Assembly (NCBI GenBank): GCA_964016885.1
Contig: OZ024746.1
Span: 48,484,001 to 48,548,000, forward strand
DNA from: Eledone cirrhosa
Lineage: Eukaryota
Direction: 5' to 3'
Length of the DNA stretch: 64,000 bases
Shown here one piece after another: positions 1 to 15,499 of this stretch. Under the pieces are notes generated by a model. That model was not told the origin of the DNA and made no database searches. It was given only the letters and a program-made list of their open reading frames with translations. The translations under genes were made by a program, and so were the position numbers. The first letter of the stretch is position 1, and each line of letters starts with the position of its first letter.

Positions 1-1444
1 ACATTATCAACCTCACATCGACAATACGCTTCCCATAACATAATTACACCACATCTGCTAACTTGTCAATATGTTATTAATAGCTAGTGATATAATGTTT
101 CAGATTTCTAGTTACCATAACTGATAATACACTCTCAACGTACTAAAATGCAGTTCACAAGCTTGAACACTTGAATTACATATTTTTCTGATACATATAT
201 TCCCGAAACGTTCGCATAAAATAACAACAAATAATACACATAAGTAACTGGAAGATTTATTAGATATGTTATTTCACTTGCCTCGATCAGTGTCGTTCTT
301 GTTACGGCACATACCTGCGCATCTCATTGGAGGTTTTTTTTAATGTTTTAACTATAGTGATTCTAATGCTGTCATACTACCATTTCTTCCGGTGACAAAA
401 AGCTGGGTGTCAATGCACAGACCTAAAGCAGATATTGCAAAGCATCCCGCTCGGGACCCTAACAAGTTCGTTTTGGACTGATCTACTGTTTAGCGATCTT
501 GTACAATGTAGAAGCAAATGCAAATACCTTGTGCACTGAAATTCATGACAGTGAAACTCGACATGTGTTGTACAAAATCTAAATATGGTTTCACCAATCC
601 CTGTCTGCCCAGAAAAATTTCCGTCACTTATCCTGATTGCAGACCTGTCAACTCTCCTCGTCCGACAGGGGAGATCTCCCACCCACTTTGGGGTAGGTGA
701 GAGATGTCTTCTCTTGTGAAAATAGTTATAGTTTTCATTATGTAAATTTTCCCCGTTATGAGGCAGTTCTTTTCATTGTACTCCCCGTTTGGGTTTTTAA
801 AGGTTGCCAGTCTATGATTGTATGACTAAATAAAGTGTTATAGTTGGAATATAAAGATAGAAAAGGAAGAAGAATCTTGGCGTAAAATATCCCCAATTAT
901 CCTTCAATATATTCGAACCACTTGGTAAGAGGCTTAACATATTACTGCCGATCGTGGGAGAACTATAAAACGCCTTAAATAGGCATATGATCCTATACAA
1001 ATATGATCATTTTATTAAATGATTTTGGCAAATACAGACAACCACTGATTTATCCGTTGTTGTTTTTAAACCCTAGTCAGTCTTGAGTGAGTAGCATTAT
1101 TAACCAGACCATCAGGTCCTTTTTATTTTGCTTTAGCATAATTTCTCTAGGAAATCATATAGTTTTAGTTGTTTGCATACACATGTAACAAACAAACACA
1201 CCTAACTTCTCTTGCATGAGTGTCACGTAATCTGTCGTCTGGTCTTTCCATTTGGATACTTGATACTTTGAGTATATCTGTTTCTTGCTATGATATCTAT
1301 CTCTATTTCTAACACTCCAACTCATATTTTCTTTCTCATTCTCTTCCCTCTCTCTTTATCTCTCTCCTTTCTTCCCTAATACCAACATCACTCTATTTCT
1401 CTCTACACGCTTTGTTTAATTCTTCTTCTCTGTTGTCATTCTTC

Positions 1445-1503
<59 letters not shown>

Positions 1504-1736
1504 TCCACTAGTTGTATCATACGCGTTTCTCCATACCGTTTCTTGTCACGTTTCTTTTTCTTCTAACATGTTTTTGTCACACTTACACACACACACATCC
1601 GATTCTATCTATCTATCCTATATACATACATGCAAATATGTATGTATATATGTGTGTGTGTGAGTGTGTGAGCGTGTGTCTCAGTCATCGAATGTGTGTG
1701 CGTTTACATACATATAAACACACACACACACACCAC

Positions 1737-1816
<80 letters not shown>

Positions 1817-1829
1817 CCTGTTGGTATTT

Positions 1830-2490
1830 ATATACGATAGTTTCACGCTAGCTTCCAGGCACATAGAAATAACAATCTTCAATAGAGGTTTGCCGCAGTT
1901 AAGTTGAAGGCGTGCCATATAATGAGTGACATGACAGTTGCTTTGACCATTGATCTAAAATAAATAGTAAATATTTTGTACTGTGGCTGTAAGTCTACAT
2001 TAACTCTGTCATTCCGTTTCTCATATGTGATAGATGATCTACAATATGATGTTTCTCTGCCAAACATAAATTGCAGATTTTTAAAATGTTCTTTCTAGGC
2101 TGGCTCTGTCAACTATGGAGTATGCAATGCCACTAGACTAATCCTTGTTGTTCTTTTGCCAAATGTGCTTCGTGAGCGATGAGTTGTTTGCTCTCTGACG
2201 TAATTTGAAGGAACTAATATACTTGTATAGGCGTTCTCCTGTAGTGCTGCATTTATTCCGGATACGTGTCAGTTCATTCCTTATGTATCCAGACTTGGCA
2301 CCGAAGAGAAATGGACGAACAGGTCCCTGCTAGCGGCTTTTCTGTAGAAGTTGGTGTGGATACTGCCTTCTTCTGTTACCCTAAGCTGGAAGTCTAGCAT
2401 GTAGAGGGATCCAGTGACATCAGGGTGATCCATGCTGAACCTTATATTAACGTCCATACTAGAGAATGTCGTGTATATGTTATCTGCTTC
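1830..2490 (-). pseudogene. Degraded Penelope-like element fragment (RT C-terminus/thumb to endonuclease end)
   Basis: ORF 2281..2511 contains 'IRFSMDHPDVTGSLYMLDFQL...TNFYRKAASRDLFVHFSS', resembling the PLE RT7/thumb region. The fragment ends next to a (TA)n tract. Confidence 0.45.
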
Positions 2491-3124
2491 TTCACACACA
2501 CACACACACATATGTTTATACCGGGTTCAATCGGAGGGGGGGGGCACAGTAAGTAAGGTACTCAATATATAGCAGAGTATAAATATGTGTATGTGTGGAA
2601 AGGCCGATAAATAAATAGATATCTTTCTTTAAGTTAGGTAGCTAAATTGAAACCTCGTCCCAAGAGTAACATAGGAAACAATAAATAATAATTTTAAAAA
2701 ATTGTTGATTGGAAATAGAGCAAAAAATATTTCAAACAATAAAAGATTAAAAAAATAAGACTGCTAAAAAAACGAAATAAATAAATAATTAAAATAAAAT
2801 AAAAAATAATATTCTTTCTCTGAAGCAAACAAATAACACTTCTATTAATTATATATTTGCCTCACGCAAATTATTATTCGTTTCCTTCCAATTATAAGTA
2901 TAGTGTTGTTATTACCATAAATATGATGCAAATTAGATACGTGCTTTTCATTTGTATTGCTTCTTCCAAATAAAATTTTGGGTTGAAGAATAAAAAAATA
3001 ATTTTAAAATTGCTCATTAAATAATTATATAAACCGAAAAAATGAATTAAGGGAAAAAATATAACAATTTAAATTTTATAAATTTCACTTTTATATGCAA
3101 AGAAATATTTGGTGTTGTTGTTAT

Positions 3125-3525
3125 CGGGAGAGCGTCCGACACCATACTTCGCGACATAGAGTTACGCCCCTTTACGTTCTGAGTTCAAATCCTGCCGAGG
3201 TTCGCTTTGCCTTTCATCCTTACGGGGTCGATAAATAAAGCACCAATCACGTGCTGGGGTCGATTTAATCGACTTTCCCCTCCCAGAAAATTGCTGGCTT
3301 AGTACCTAAAGTAGAAACAATTATTATGTAAATTAGGGCGGTGGATGGGCAGTATCGGTAGAGGGTCGGACGCCATGCTTTGACGCATAGAGTTATGGCC
3401 TTTGGCCTTCTGAGTTCAAATCCCGCCGAGGTTAACTTTGTCTTTCATCCTTATGGGATCGAAAAAATAAAGTACCAGTAATGCACTGGGTAATTGCTGG
3501 CCTTGTGCCAAAAGTAGCAACAATT
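3125..3525 (+). mobile_element. Two tandem copies of tRNA-derived SINE family A
   Basis: A-box-like GGCAGTATCGG, B-box GAGTTCAAATCC, central TTTGCCTTTCATCCTTACGGGGTCGATAAA and 3' end AGTAGAAACAATTATT. About 20 copies occur in the window. Confidence 0.9.
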
Positions 3526-3975
3526 ATTATGTAAATTATAAATACAGAAAAATAATAAAGAAAACGTTATTATTAATGTGTAGCCAAACAACATCAATCG
3601 GGAATGAGGAGATTTAGATGGTCAGTCATCAACAAACCAATCTTGTTTAGCTTGTATCATGCATATAGATAATGCCACAGATCAAACACGAATAAATAAA
3701 TAAAATATATTTATTCAAAAATACAAACAACGTCTGAATAGAATCTAACCCCCCTCCCTCTCACCCACACACATAACATTCTTCACCTTTCTAATAGAAT
3801 TATTATCACCATTATTATTGCTATTGTTGTTGTCATTGTTATTATGTTATCACATCGCCCTATATACCCGAAAATAGAAGGGAATAAATTGCTGTTACAG
3901 ACACACACAGACACACACATACAGACACACACAGACACACACACACACACACACGCACACGCACACACACACACA

Positions 3976-4014
<39 letters not shown>

Positions 4015-4126
4015 ACACACACACAGACCGCTCAAGAAAAGATAAAAGAAGATATTTATTCAAAATAAAGAAAATATATTTGTACACCCGGCTGCATACT
4101 GAATCATAACAACCCAACGCACACAT

Positions 4127-4239
<113 letters not shown>

Positions 4240-4299
4240 CACACACACACATACACACACACGGAGTTATGTACAATTCTTGTTGATTTTGCTGATTGG

Positions 4300-4945
4300 T
4301 TCATCTATCGGTAGAGGGTCGGACACCAAGCTTTCCAGCATAGTTACGTCCCTTTATGTTCTGAGTTCAAATCCCTCCACGGTTAACTTTGCCTTTCATC
4401 CTTACGGGGTCGATAAATTAAAGTACCAGTAATGCACTGGGTATTTGCTGACCTTGTGCCAAAAGTAGAAACAATTTATATTATCATAGTTTTCATTATG
4501 ATGGTGATGTTGACGGTAATGATGTTTCTACTTTTGGCACACGGCCAGCAATTATCCAGTGTATTACTGGTACTTTATTTTATCGCCCCCGCAAGGATGA
4601 AAGGCAAAGTTAACCTCGGCGGGATTTGGACCTAGAACGTAAAGGGCTATAACTATGCTGGACAGCATGGTGTCTGACGCTCTACCGATACTTCCAAACC
4701 ATCGCCCTAACGATTATTATTACTTTGATATAACTTTAGACGCCATGATTTGCAGTATAGAGTTACGGCCCCTTAAGGTCTGAGTTCAAATCCCGCCGAG
4801 GTTAACTTTGCCTTTCATCCTTACGGGGTCGATAAAATAAAGTACCAGTAATGCACTGGGATAATTGCTGGCCTTATACTAAAAGTACCAGTTACGCACT
4901 GGTGTCGATTTAATCGACTTTCCCCTCCCCCAAAATTGATGGCCT
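4300..4945. mobile_element. Cluster of three SINE A copies (+,-,+)
   Basis: Same consensus at about 4300-4475 (+), 4525-4710 (-) and 4738-4945 (+). Confidence 0.85.
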
Positions 4946-4959
4946 AATTTTGTCCTAAT

Positions 4960-5170
4960 GAGCATCAACCCGCTACCTGCAGCCTCAGATTTTCAGGACG
5001 TATCGGAGGGTCCTTGCTGTTCCCAATAGGCATGCCTTCTGAAGTGTTCCAAAAAAGAGGGTTGGGCTAATGTTCGTTAACCAGTGTTGGAAGCTCTATG
5101 AGATAGTACCTAGTACTCCTGTGATGACGGGGACCACCTTGAACTCATGACATTTCCAAATTCTCTTCAG
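4960..5170 (-). mobile_element. 3' end fragment of R4/Dong-like non-LTR retrotransposon
   Basis: Homologous to 55930-56160. The minus strand reads roughly VVPVITGVLGTIS...LQKACLLGTARTLRYVL, typical of the C-terminus of RLE-type LINEs. Confidence 0.55.
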
Positions 5171-5832
5171 TTCCTACCAACTGAATATAATTGTTTCTAC
5201 TTTTTGGCACAAGGCCAGCAATTAACCAGTGCATTACTGGTACTTTATTACTGGTACTTTACCAACTAAATATAATATAATAAGAACAAAGTGGAGGTGT
5301 TACATAGGAGATTTATTGCTCAATCCTGGTTACAAATGTTTCTCAAGCAGCTGGCTCATGATCTGGGTTGGTACCCTAGACCAGATTCCATGTCTGCCTG
5401 ATCCTCAGACCAGTGTTAACACAATATTACATCAAATCTTCAGACTTACTGAACTCTCTGCACACGTGTGCGCGCGCGCGGGCGTGTGTGTGTGTGTATG
5501 TGTGTGTGTATGGCACACCTGGACGCTCCACCTCGGCTGCCACACCCGAATGCTGGACCACTCGCCCACCAACTCCAATTTCCTTAAAAACATTTTTCTA
5601 GACTCCTATGTTCCAGCCTGTTCTCTCACTCTCTGAACTCTTCATTTCTAGAAGAAGGACTTACGCCCGAAGCGCTGCAGTCTCCTCTATTTCCTCCTAA
5701 CCGTGACACTAATAAGACTTTGTGTTCTAGAATCTCAGTGTTTGTGTTATCATTTTTTAAACTCTGTCTCTATATACATCTCTCTCTCTCTCTGTATATA
5801 TATATAAATATATATATAAATGTATGTATGTA

Positions 5833-5932
<100 letters not shown>

Positions 5933-6574
5933 GTGCGAGAGAGAGAGAGAAAGTATGTATAACGTTCCTTTCACCACTTCTCTTGTTAGCTTTTTGCAGC
6001 AATCTTTCATTATTAAATTGTCAAAATCTGTATTTAAATGTGGAAGAAACCTCCAAAGAGAAGGAATATGCCCTGCCTTGTATTTAACTAATGAGCAAGC
6101 ACAAATACCTAAACACACACACACTGTCCTTTACACACGCCTTGATCCGATTTAGCAATATCAAGTTTGATTTGACAGGAATTACGTGCCTAATTATCCT
6201 TGATGATTTCCTCATTCAAAAGTCTTTATATAAACCAAAGATTACCATTTTTTAATGTGTTTATTTCGTTATTGTTTATATTTTAATTTTGACTCCGGTC
6301 TTGTAAGTTTGAGCCACCGTATTAAAAAAAAAACGAATAAATATTTATCTATGTAATTAGGCGGGCTTTAATCTAATTTCAAAATATTTCACATGTCACT
6401 TCTTGTGAAATAAAACACTTTGTCTGAAGTCGAACTTGAAAAGTAGCCATCTTTACTTTCTGTAGTTTGTTAGGATAATAATGATAGTAATCCCCTTTTA
6501 AATTGTTTACTTTAATACTTTAGCGAAAGCAACAATAACAAACAGAAATTAAAATGAAAACTATGTTTAGTCAG

Positions 6575-6965
6575 TACACATACACATACATATACACATA
6601 CACATACATATACACATACACATACATATACACACTCACATACAAACAGAGGCACAGATACAGGCAACACACACATACAATACACACACATACAATACAC
6701 ACACATACGGAACACATACACAGTCACATACAACCAAAGACATACATACTGGCAACACAACTCACACACATACAACACACACATACAATACACACACATA
6801 CACAGTCACATACAACCAAAGACATACATACTGGCAACACAACTCACACACATACAACACACACGCACATACAACACACACACATGCAACCCACACACAT
6901 ACAGAACACATACACACTCACATATAACCAAAGACACACATACTGGCAATACAACTCACATACAC
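6575..6965. repeat. Complex CA-rich mini/microsatellite
   Basis: Repeated CACACATACAA and CAGTCACATACAACCAAAGACATACATACTGGCAACACAACT units. Confidence 0.8.
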
Positions 6966-7202
6966 ACATGTATGCACTAGCGCTAACAGGTATTAGTAGC
7001 GAGGTGTTGTAAGAGAACGTTCTCGTCAGGCTATCAAATCTGCTGAGGTAACTTATAACTCAGCTCCAAACAGTTTTCTCCTTGTATCACACACACACAC
7101 GTACATGCACGTGCACACACACATACATACACATGTACGCACACATATATATAAATTACTTAACTAAACTTACACATCTAAATAAAAAATATATATATAT
7201 AT

Positions 7203-7390
7203 AATTGTTTCTACTTTTGGCACAAGGCCACCAATTATCCCAGTACATTACTGGTACTTTATTTTATCTACCCCGTAAGGATGAAAGGCAAAGTTAACCT
7301 CGGCGGGATTTGAACTCAGACCATAAATGGCCGTAACTCTTTGCTGCAAAGCATGGCGTCCGACCCTCTACCGATCTGCCAATCCACCGC
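7203..7390 (-). mobile_element. SINE A, full length
   Basis: Reverse complement of the family consensus. Confidence 0.9.
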
Positions 7391-7400
7391 ATATAATGCA

Positions 7401-7611
7401 TACGAGGATGGTTAGAAAAGTTCATTGGGTGATTATGAAGTAGTGATGCTAGAGCTGTGAAATCTATATATAGATAAATACATTAATTTCAACTCTTCTT
7501 ATTCATAATTGTATTGTTTCTTTCCAGGGATTATGTTGAAAGATAAACCTCATTTGGTCATTCCATGAGAGTATCTTGGTCAGCCTATAAACCTTTCAGT
7601 CGAACCTCGTA
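7401..7611. mobile_element. Mariner-type MITE
   Basis: Ends are TA-CGAGG...CCTCG-TA with imperfect TIRs of about 30 bp and no ORF. Confidence 0.6.
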
Positions 7612-8072
7612 GTCTGTAAGTACAACAAACAACCTCTTCAGTTTCTCTTCATGATTTCTATTTCAATACCTTGCTGCCTCCCCCTTCCTCCCGCCCCATT
7701 ATATCGTACATATTTCCTCTCTCTATTTTACTTCATCACTCTGAATCTCTTTCTTTCTGTTACGCACCCATTCACATATACTCACATACTCTCACTCACA
7801 CACATACACAGACACACAAACATACATTAATGTAGTTTTACTTCTCTACGTTTAGAAATTGAGTAGTTTGGAAGGAAGAGAATTACTAAGAGGGATAGTT
7901 ATGAGAAACATTGTGAGGCTGAAGTTTCATTAGGAGGGAAGAATCTTCTTCTTCTTCTTCTTCTTCTTCTTCTTCTTCTTCTTCTTCTTCTTCTTCTTCT
8001 TCTTCTTCTTCTTCTTCTTCTATGGATGTTTGATTATATTCACGTAAGCACACATGTATGTATGAATATATG

Positions 8073-8218
<146 letters not shown>

Positions 8219-8594
8219 TGAATAAAGTTAGTCCTTCATCAGTGATCTTCCAACCATCAAAGGTATTTCATCGCTTTAAAGACCATATATCTCCGGTTGG
8301 TGCGAACAACGGCTAAAAAAGGTCGTTGGGAACGTAAATAAAGGGGACACGAGAGTGTAAACAAACAAAGATGGTGAAGCAACGAAAAGTGAGGAAGAAC
8401 GAGTCAAGTCCCAAATTTCCATGAATATAAGTTCGGTGAAATCGTGAACGAGAGAGAATAAAGACCATCAAACCTGGTTGGAATGTGAGCAAGGAAGGAA
8501 TTCCGTACAGGTCTAACGAGAGGAAGAAGGAATCTAGTCTGCGAATTCGCTGAACATAAGTTCTGTGAAATCGTAAACGAGAGAGAGTATATAT

Positions 8595-8786
8595 ATGTAA
8601 TCTGAGTTTTTCGAATATTAATAATAACATTCGATTCGTTTGCACTTATGCAAACAAGCCTCATTTTTAAAGCCATGTCAGTAGAATGAACCCTTCATTC
8701 TTGCTTTTGTGTTGGCATACATTCTGTTTGCATAATTGCAAACGAATCGAATGTTATTATTAATATTCGAAAACCTCAGATTACAT
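8595..8786. repeat. Inverted repeat (~62 bp arms), probable PLE terminus fold-back
   Basis: 8595-8656 is the near-perfect reverse complement of 8725-8786. Confidence 0.75.
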
Positions 8787-8870
8787 TTATTGTATTCAGC
8801 CATGTAGAGCGAAAATTATATATATATATTGTTATACTTTGGGAGGGTCATGTTGGGAGTGTCAGAAACG

Positions 8871-9888
<1,018 letters not shown>

Positions 9889-10040
9889 CATATATATATA
9901 CACATATATATATTGGTAATTACGTATACGTATATGTATACACATATATATATTGGTAATTACGTGTTAATAAATCCCTTGTTAGTTTTTAGGAATAGAT
10001 CACACTCACACACACACACGCACACACACGCACGCACACA

Positions 10041-10131
<91 letters not shown>

Positions 10132-12374
10132 GTATATGAATATAACTGAATATGTATAATAGAGTACAATAAATGAAATAAGTCGGAGACTTACAAAGAG
10201 AACAGAAGTGTAGGATGAATGACATAATAAAAATAAAAATAATGGAATAAATAAAATAACTAAAGACAAAAATCGAGACGGGTATAGAAAAATTGACACA
10301 TGCAAGAAGACAGACAATCAACAAAGTAGGATCAACTGATGTTGTTTTAAAGCTAGGCTTAACGTCTAAATCCCTGCTTTGATGACAGCAATAATTGTTT
10401 GAATCAGGATTACAAACATCGAGGTGGTCTACTTAGGTGTTCTTAGTCTGGAAATATCGGTACGATCTACCTAACCGCATAAACTTTGCAAATGATGACG
10501 TTTGCAGTCTAGACAGTAGCAGTAGAGCATCGGACACCCTGCTTCGTGGCAGAGAGTTATAGCCCTTTACCTTCTGAATTCAAATCCCGCCGAGGTTAGC
10601 TTTGTCTTTCATCCTTGGGGATTTCGAACCTCGACACTGTATTTCACTATTTCCTGAATCGACTTTGCTTTCCAGATGTCTAAGATAGATGAAATATGGA
10701 CCACTAAAATAATTCCTTCCAACATTGACCCAAGGCTAGCAATTTGGGGGATTGGGAAAGTCGATTATAACGACACCTGTACTTTGCAGGTTCTTTATTT
10801 TATTGACCTCAGAAGGGAGGAAGGAGAATTTTATTTCGGCTTGATTTGAACGTAAAACATAGACGGGTGTAATTAAATGCCACAAAAGGACTTTGTCCGA
10901 CACTCGACTGATGCTGCCAATCTACCACTGAATATTGCTAATAAAATTGGTTGTATATTTGGCACAAGGCCAGCAATTTGAATGGAAACCATTTCCTTGG
11001 TCCGGCCTGAAGATCGGATTCGTTTATATAAATATTTGTACCAGCGCCAAATCAAATGGAATTAATTTATGTGTAGCTAAATAGATTAGTAGGTATGACA
11101 AAGCAATAGTAGTCGAATTGGCAGAGATGCTAGTGAGTCGGGCATTTGTTCAGTGTCTCTGCGTTCTGAATTAAAATCCCACTGGGATTCTCTTTGTTTT
11201 TCCTCCTCTCAGAGTTGATAAACACCAGCCCTTTCTCATTTCAACTGTGACCTCCTGGATGTACGACTGGATCAAGTGAAGGAGATAGGGAGTGTGTGTG
11301 TGTCTGTGTCTACTTGTGAATGTATTGACAACCTAAACCTTTAGAAAAAGTATAGTATTTACTACCACGTCTTATTCGATTATGAGTGACGGCTGTATTT
11401 TAGTTTTACAACAGAGCAGTACGAGTACAACATTTGATATATAAAAATATTTAAGATTTCATTTGAGCTTCATAGGTTACAGATAAACCTGAAGTGAAAC
11501 AAAATATACGTCTCGATTGGTTTCGAGTTCTGCTGCTTAAAGGTTTTAATTAACTTAAAGCAATAAATATTTTTACACGAAGCACTGGAATTTATTTACA
11601 ATATCATTTTCTTGTTTTTCATCTCAATAGATCTATATATACCCTTCGGTGGGTTACGTTAATGAAGACAATGGAAGTAATCGATTCTTTGTGTAAATTA
11701 TATTGAAGGATAACCAACTAAAAATAATAAATCCAGAAATTCGTGATATAAATTTTCAAGTAATTCCTTGTAGAGCTATATTTCTTTTGTTTCTTTTGTT
11801 TTTCTATTTTAATTAGAAAAAAAAGGGGGGGGGGTAAGGACGAGGACGATACTAAGGAGGAGAGAGTTTCAACCTTAACCAGAACAATGGAAATTGTGAA
11901 GTTTCTAATGAGGTTTCACAAGTATTTCTACACAGCCTTGTTCTGTATCTGTGCCAGTCCTGATATAGTAGACCTCGGATCAAAGGTACTTCAGCCGTGG
12001 CCATCCCATCTCTTTACTGGTATAGGATACTTAAGATTAAAGTATCCAAATTTGTCATTTTGTGAAAATAGTTACGTTACCTGAAGGAAATAGGGCTGTT
12101 GTTTCTAGTAGTGGCCACGTGATGAACCGCACATTCTACTGATTGATTTTCGCTGGGTAAATGAGGACAGAGAAATATTTTCGGGCACTTGAAGTTGTGA
12201 GAATAATGGTTTAAGGGAGGGGGGGGGGGTTATGTTTTAGGAGTTGGCTTTACGGATGGATAGATGTGGCAAGGGGGCGATCGAACGGCGCAGAACGTTT
12301 TCTCTTTTCAAAGAATCAATCTTGGTTGTAATGGTAGAACATCTATCTATCTAATTTTTAACTCTGAATAATTC

Positions 12375-13365
12375 CATATAGTTCCATATTTCCATACTGT
12401 GTCACTGAAACTCCCCAGTTCCATAGTCCCCCACCCTAGCTCCGCAGTGCAATAATGCGGCACCTTAACTTCAAAGTGTCATATTTTACCACACTATACC
12501 CCATTGAGATAGTTCCAAATTTCCATACTGTGTCACCGAATCTGCCCAGTTCGATAGAGTGCCTCCCCAACTCCACTCTGTCATAGTGCGGCACCCTAAC
12601 TCCGAAGTGCCGTATTTTCTCACCCAATATCCCCATTTCCATAGGGGGTCACCCTAGCACTATATTTCCAAACTGAGTCAATGAAACACCCCAAATCCAT
12701 AGTGTGCCACCCTAGCTCCGCAGTGCCATAATGCGGCACCCTAGCTTCAAAGTGCCCTATTTTTGCACACTATCTCCCCATTGGCATATAGGGTCACCCT
12801 AGCTCCATATTTCCTTACTGTGTCACTGAAACTCCCCAGTTCCATAGAGTGTCGCCCTAGTGACGCAGTGCCATAGTGCGGCACCCTAACTCCAAAGTAC
12901 TGTATTTTTTCACATAATCTCCCCATTGCCATACTGTGACATCCTAGTTCCATATTTCCATACTATGTCAGTCAAACTTCCCAGTGCCATAGTGTGCCAC
13001 ACTAGCCCCGAAGTGCGGCACCCTAGCTTCAAAATGCCATATTTTCCCACACTATCTTCCGATTGCCATAGTGGTCACCCTAGCTCCATTCTTCAATACT
13101 GTGTCACTGAAACTCCCCAGTTCCATATAGTGGCACCCTAGTTCCACAGTGCCATTTTGCGGTACCCTAGCTTCGAAGTGCCGTATTTTGTCAGCCTATC
13201 TCCCCATTGTCGAAGGGGGTTTCCCTAGCTCTATATTTCCATATTATGTTACTCAAGCTTCCCAGTGCCTTAGTGTGCCATACTGCGACACCCTAGCTTC
13301 AAAGTGCCATTTTCCACACTATCTCCCTATTGTCATAGGGGGGTAACACTAGCTCCATATTTCCT
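12375..13365. repeat. Minisatellite, ~125-145 bp unit, ~7 copies
   Basis: TAG(C/T)TCCATATTTCC recurs at about 12380, 12512, 12655, 12799, 12944, 13080, 13225 and 13349. Internal sub-repeats CACCCTAGCT and GTGCCATA. Confidence 0.85.
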
Positions 13366-13633
13366 TCCTCCGTTTTAACTCAATCATCTCATGACACACG
13401 GACTAATGAAACAATTGTTAATACTTTGAATAAACCCTATTGTACAACCGACCACGTTATTCTTCACTGATTTACTATGATTACTCCAAGAACCGCTTAC
13501 CTAGGAACTGTCTTAAATCGGCCAACCAACTAAGGAAACTTTTCGTTGAGTCAAACAACGCCAAACGTTAAAACTATCCTCGATACAAAGTACTCATAAC
13601 CTCATTTACTATATATATATATATTTATTTATG

Positions 13634-14345
13634 CAGGGTGCGGGCGATATTTGTTCGCAAGATTACTGTCTAGGAAAATATAACACAGTAGTTTTATTTT
13701 TTAAGATATATTTATCAAACTTGGGTCAGTTTGTCTTCATGACTTGTTCTTTCGATCTCATTCGATAAACCCGCCATTGGCTTTGATGACGGCCTCAAGG
13801 CGGCCTCGGAACCGGCTACAGGCCTTCGTCACTGTCCCCCGACTTAGGCCCCTAAAGGCACTTGTGATCCTGGCCTTCAGATCGTCTTTCGTATTGCAGC
13901 TAGATCTGTTGGTGTCTCGTTCCACTGCGCCCCACACAAAGATGTCGAGGGGGTTGCAGTCAGGCAAGCTGGGAGCCCAGATGTCAGGTGAAGTGTGGTC
14001 GACGAAGTTCTCTGACATTCAGGCTTGGGTCTTTTGGCTGGTATGGCAGGGCGCTGAGTCTTGCTGCCACACGTATGGCCTACCTGCAGCTACCTAGTCG
14101 ATCCAGGGCTTTATTACCTCGCTCAGAACGCGGATGTAGCCATCGGTGTTCAGCTTGAGGTTCTCAGGGAAGAAGTGAGGTGGCATGACGTCACCTTCAC
14201 TGCTAATGACACCTAAGACCAATGTTGTCGCTGGAAACTTTGTCTGCATGACTCTAGGCACGCCTTTGGATGAGACAGCGAGCCACCTGTTGTTCTATAA
14301 GATGATCTTCTGGTCTTATTTGTCCTTCGGGCGCGGATTCCACAA
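13634..14345 (-). mobile_element. Truncated Tc1/mariner-superfamily DD37D (maT-like) transposase relic with one TIR
   Basis: Minus strand reads YVWQQDSAPCHTSQKTQA*MSENF...WAPSLPDCNPLDIFVW, with 37 residues between the second and third D and in-frame stops. The terminus begins CAGGGTG at 13634. Confidence 0.85.
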
Positions 14346-14425
14346 ATTATTCATAATCAAATATTCTGAAAATATATGCACGTATCGTGCACGTATCGGT
14401 TTACCGAACATTTATTATAATGCTC

Positions 14426-14539
14426 TGAGTTCAAATCCCGCCGAGGTTAACTTTGCCTTTCATCCTTACGGGGTCGATAAAATAAAGTACCAGTAATGTA
14501 CTGGTTAATTGCTGGCCTTGTGCCAAATGTAGAAACATC
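14426..14539 (+). mobile_element. 5'-truncated SINE A with 13-bp TSD
   Basis: TATTATAATGCTC at 14413-14425 and 14540-14552 flanks the SINE 3' half. Confidence 0.85.
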
Positions 14540-14866
14540 TATTATAATGCTCGGTTTGTTTGTTTGTAAACAAACAAACAGCCCGAATTACGCCGTACAG
14601 TGTTTAGGCAACCACGTCACCTTTTTGTTCAACACTGACACAGGAACGATGTAATAGTTTCAAGCTTATTAGCTATCGTTAGCATTGTATACCTTCCTGC
14701 CAGATGGTTGAACGTCTGAAAGTATATACTTTCCTTATGCATATTAACGGCTGAGCAGCCTAATTTGCATATCGAGTGAGTTCAGTTGGCCGGGCACACC
14801 GAAAACGATAAATAGAATAGAATGAAACAAAATTTCATTTCTCATTCTTAGTACGGCACTTACTTA

Positions 14867-15132
14867 AATGTAAGTATGTATGTATGTACACGTACATACA
14901 TATATGTATACAGACGTACAGTAGTATCTATATATATACACACATGCACACATATATATATGCACGTATCGGTTTACCGAACATTTATTATACAAACAAA
15001 CAAACCGAGCATTATAATAAATGTTCGGTAAACCGATACGTGCATATATATATGTGTGCATGTGTGTATATATATACATACTACTGTACGTCTGTATACA
15101 TATATGTATGTACGTGTACATACATACATACT

Positions 15133-15137
<5 letters not shown>
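14867..15137. repeat. Near-perfect palindrome (~125 bp arms) of a dispersed repeat
   Basis: The arms mirror each other, as do ORFs 14864- and 14884+. The same family occurs at 14385-14650 and 15500-15890. Confidence 0.85.
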
Positions 15138-15203
<66 letters not shown>

Positions 15204-15264
15204 CTATATATCTATACATATATATATATACACATACTAACATACATACATACATATATATATG

Positions 15265-15397
<133 letters not shown>

Positions 15398-15499
15398 TAA
15401 CAAATTAAAGTTTGAGCAAAGAATCGCTGGATTTTAGTCTTCACATTTATTATTATTACTGTATATATATCTATCTATATATCTATATATATATAAATA

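Noticed and set aside
400-700. Possible DIRS/Ngaro tyrosine-recombinase relic (SKTN-like motif on the minus strand)
   Set aside because: Only a few residues match, across stops and frameshifts, which is too weak without a profile search.
3336-3430. tRNA genes
   Set aside because: The A and B boxes belong to SINE heads with extended spacing and no cloverleaf.
12375-13365. CRISPR-like array
   Set aside because: Whole units are homologous with no unique spacers, there are no cas genes, and the context is eukaryotic.
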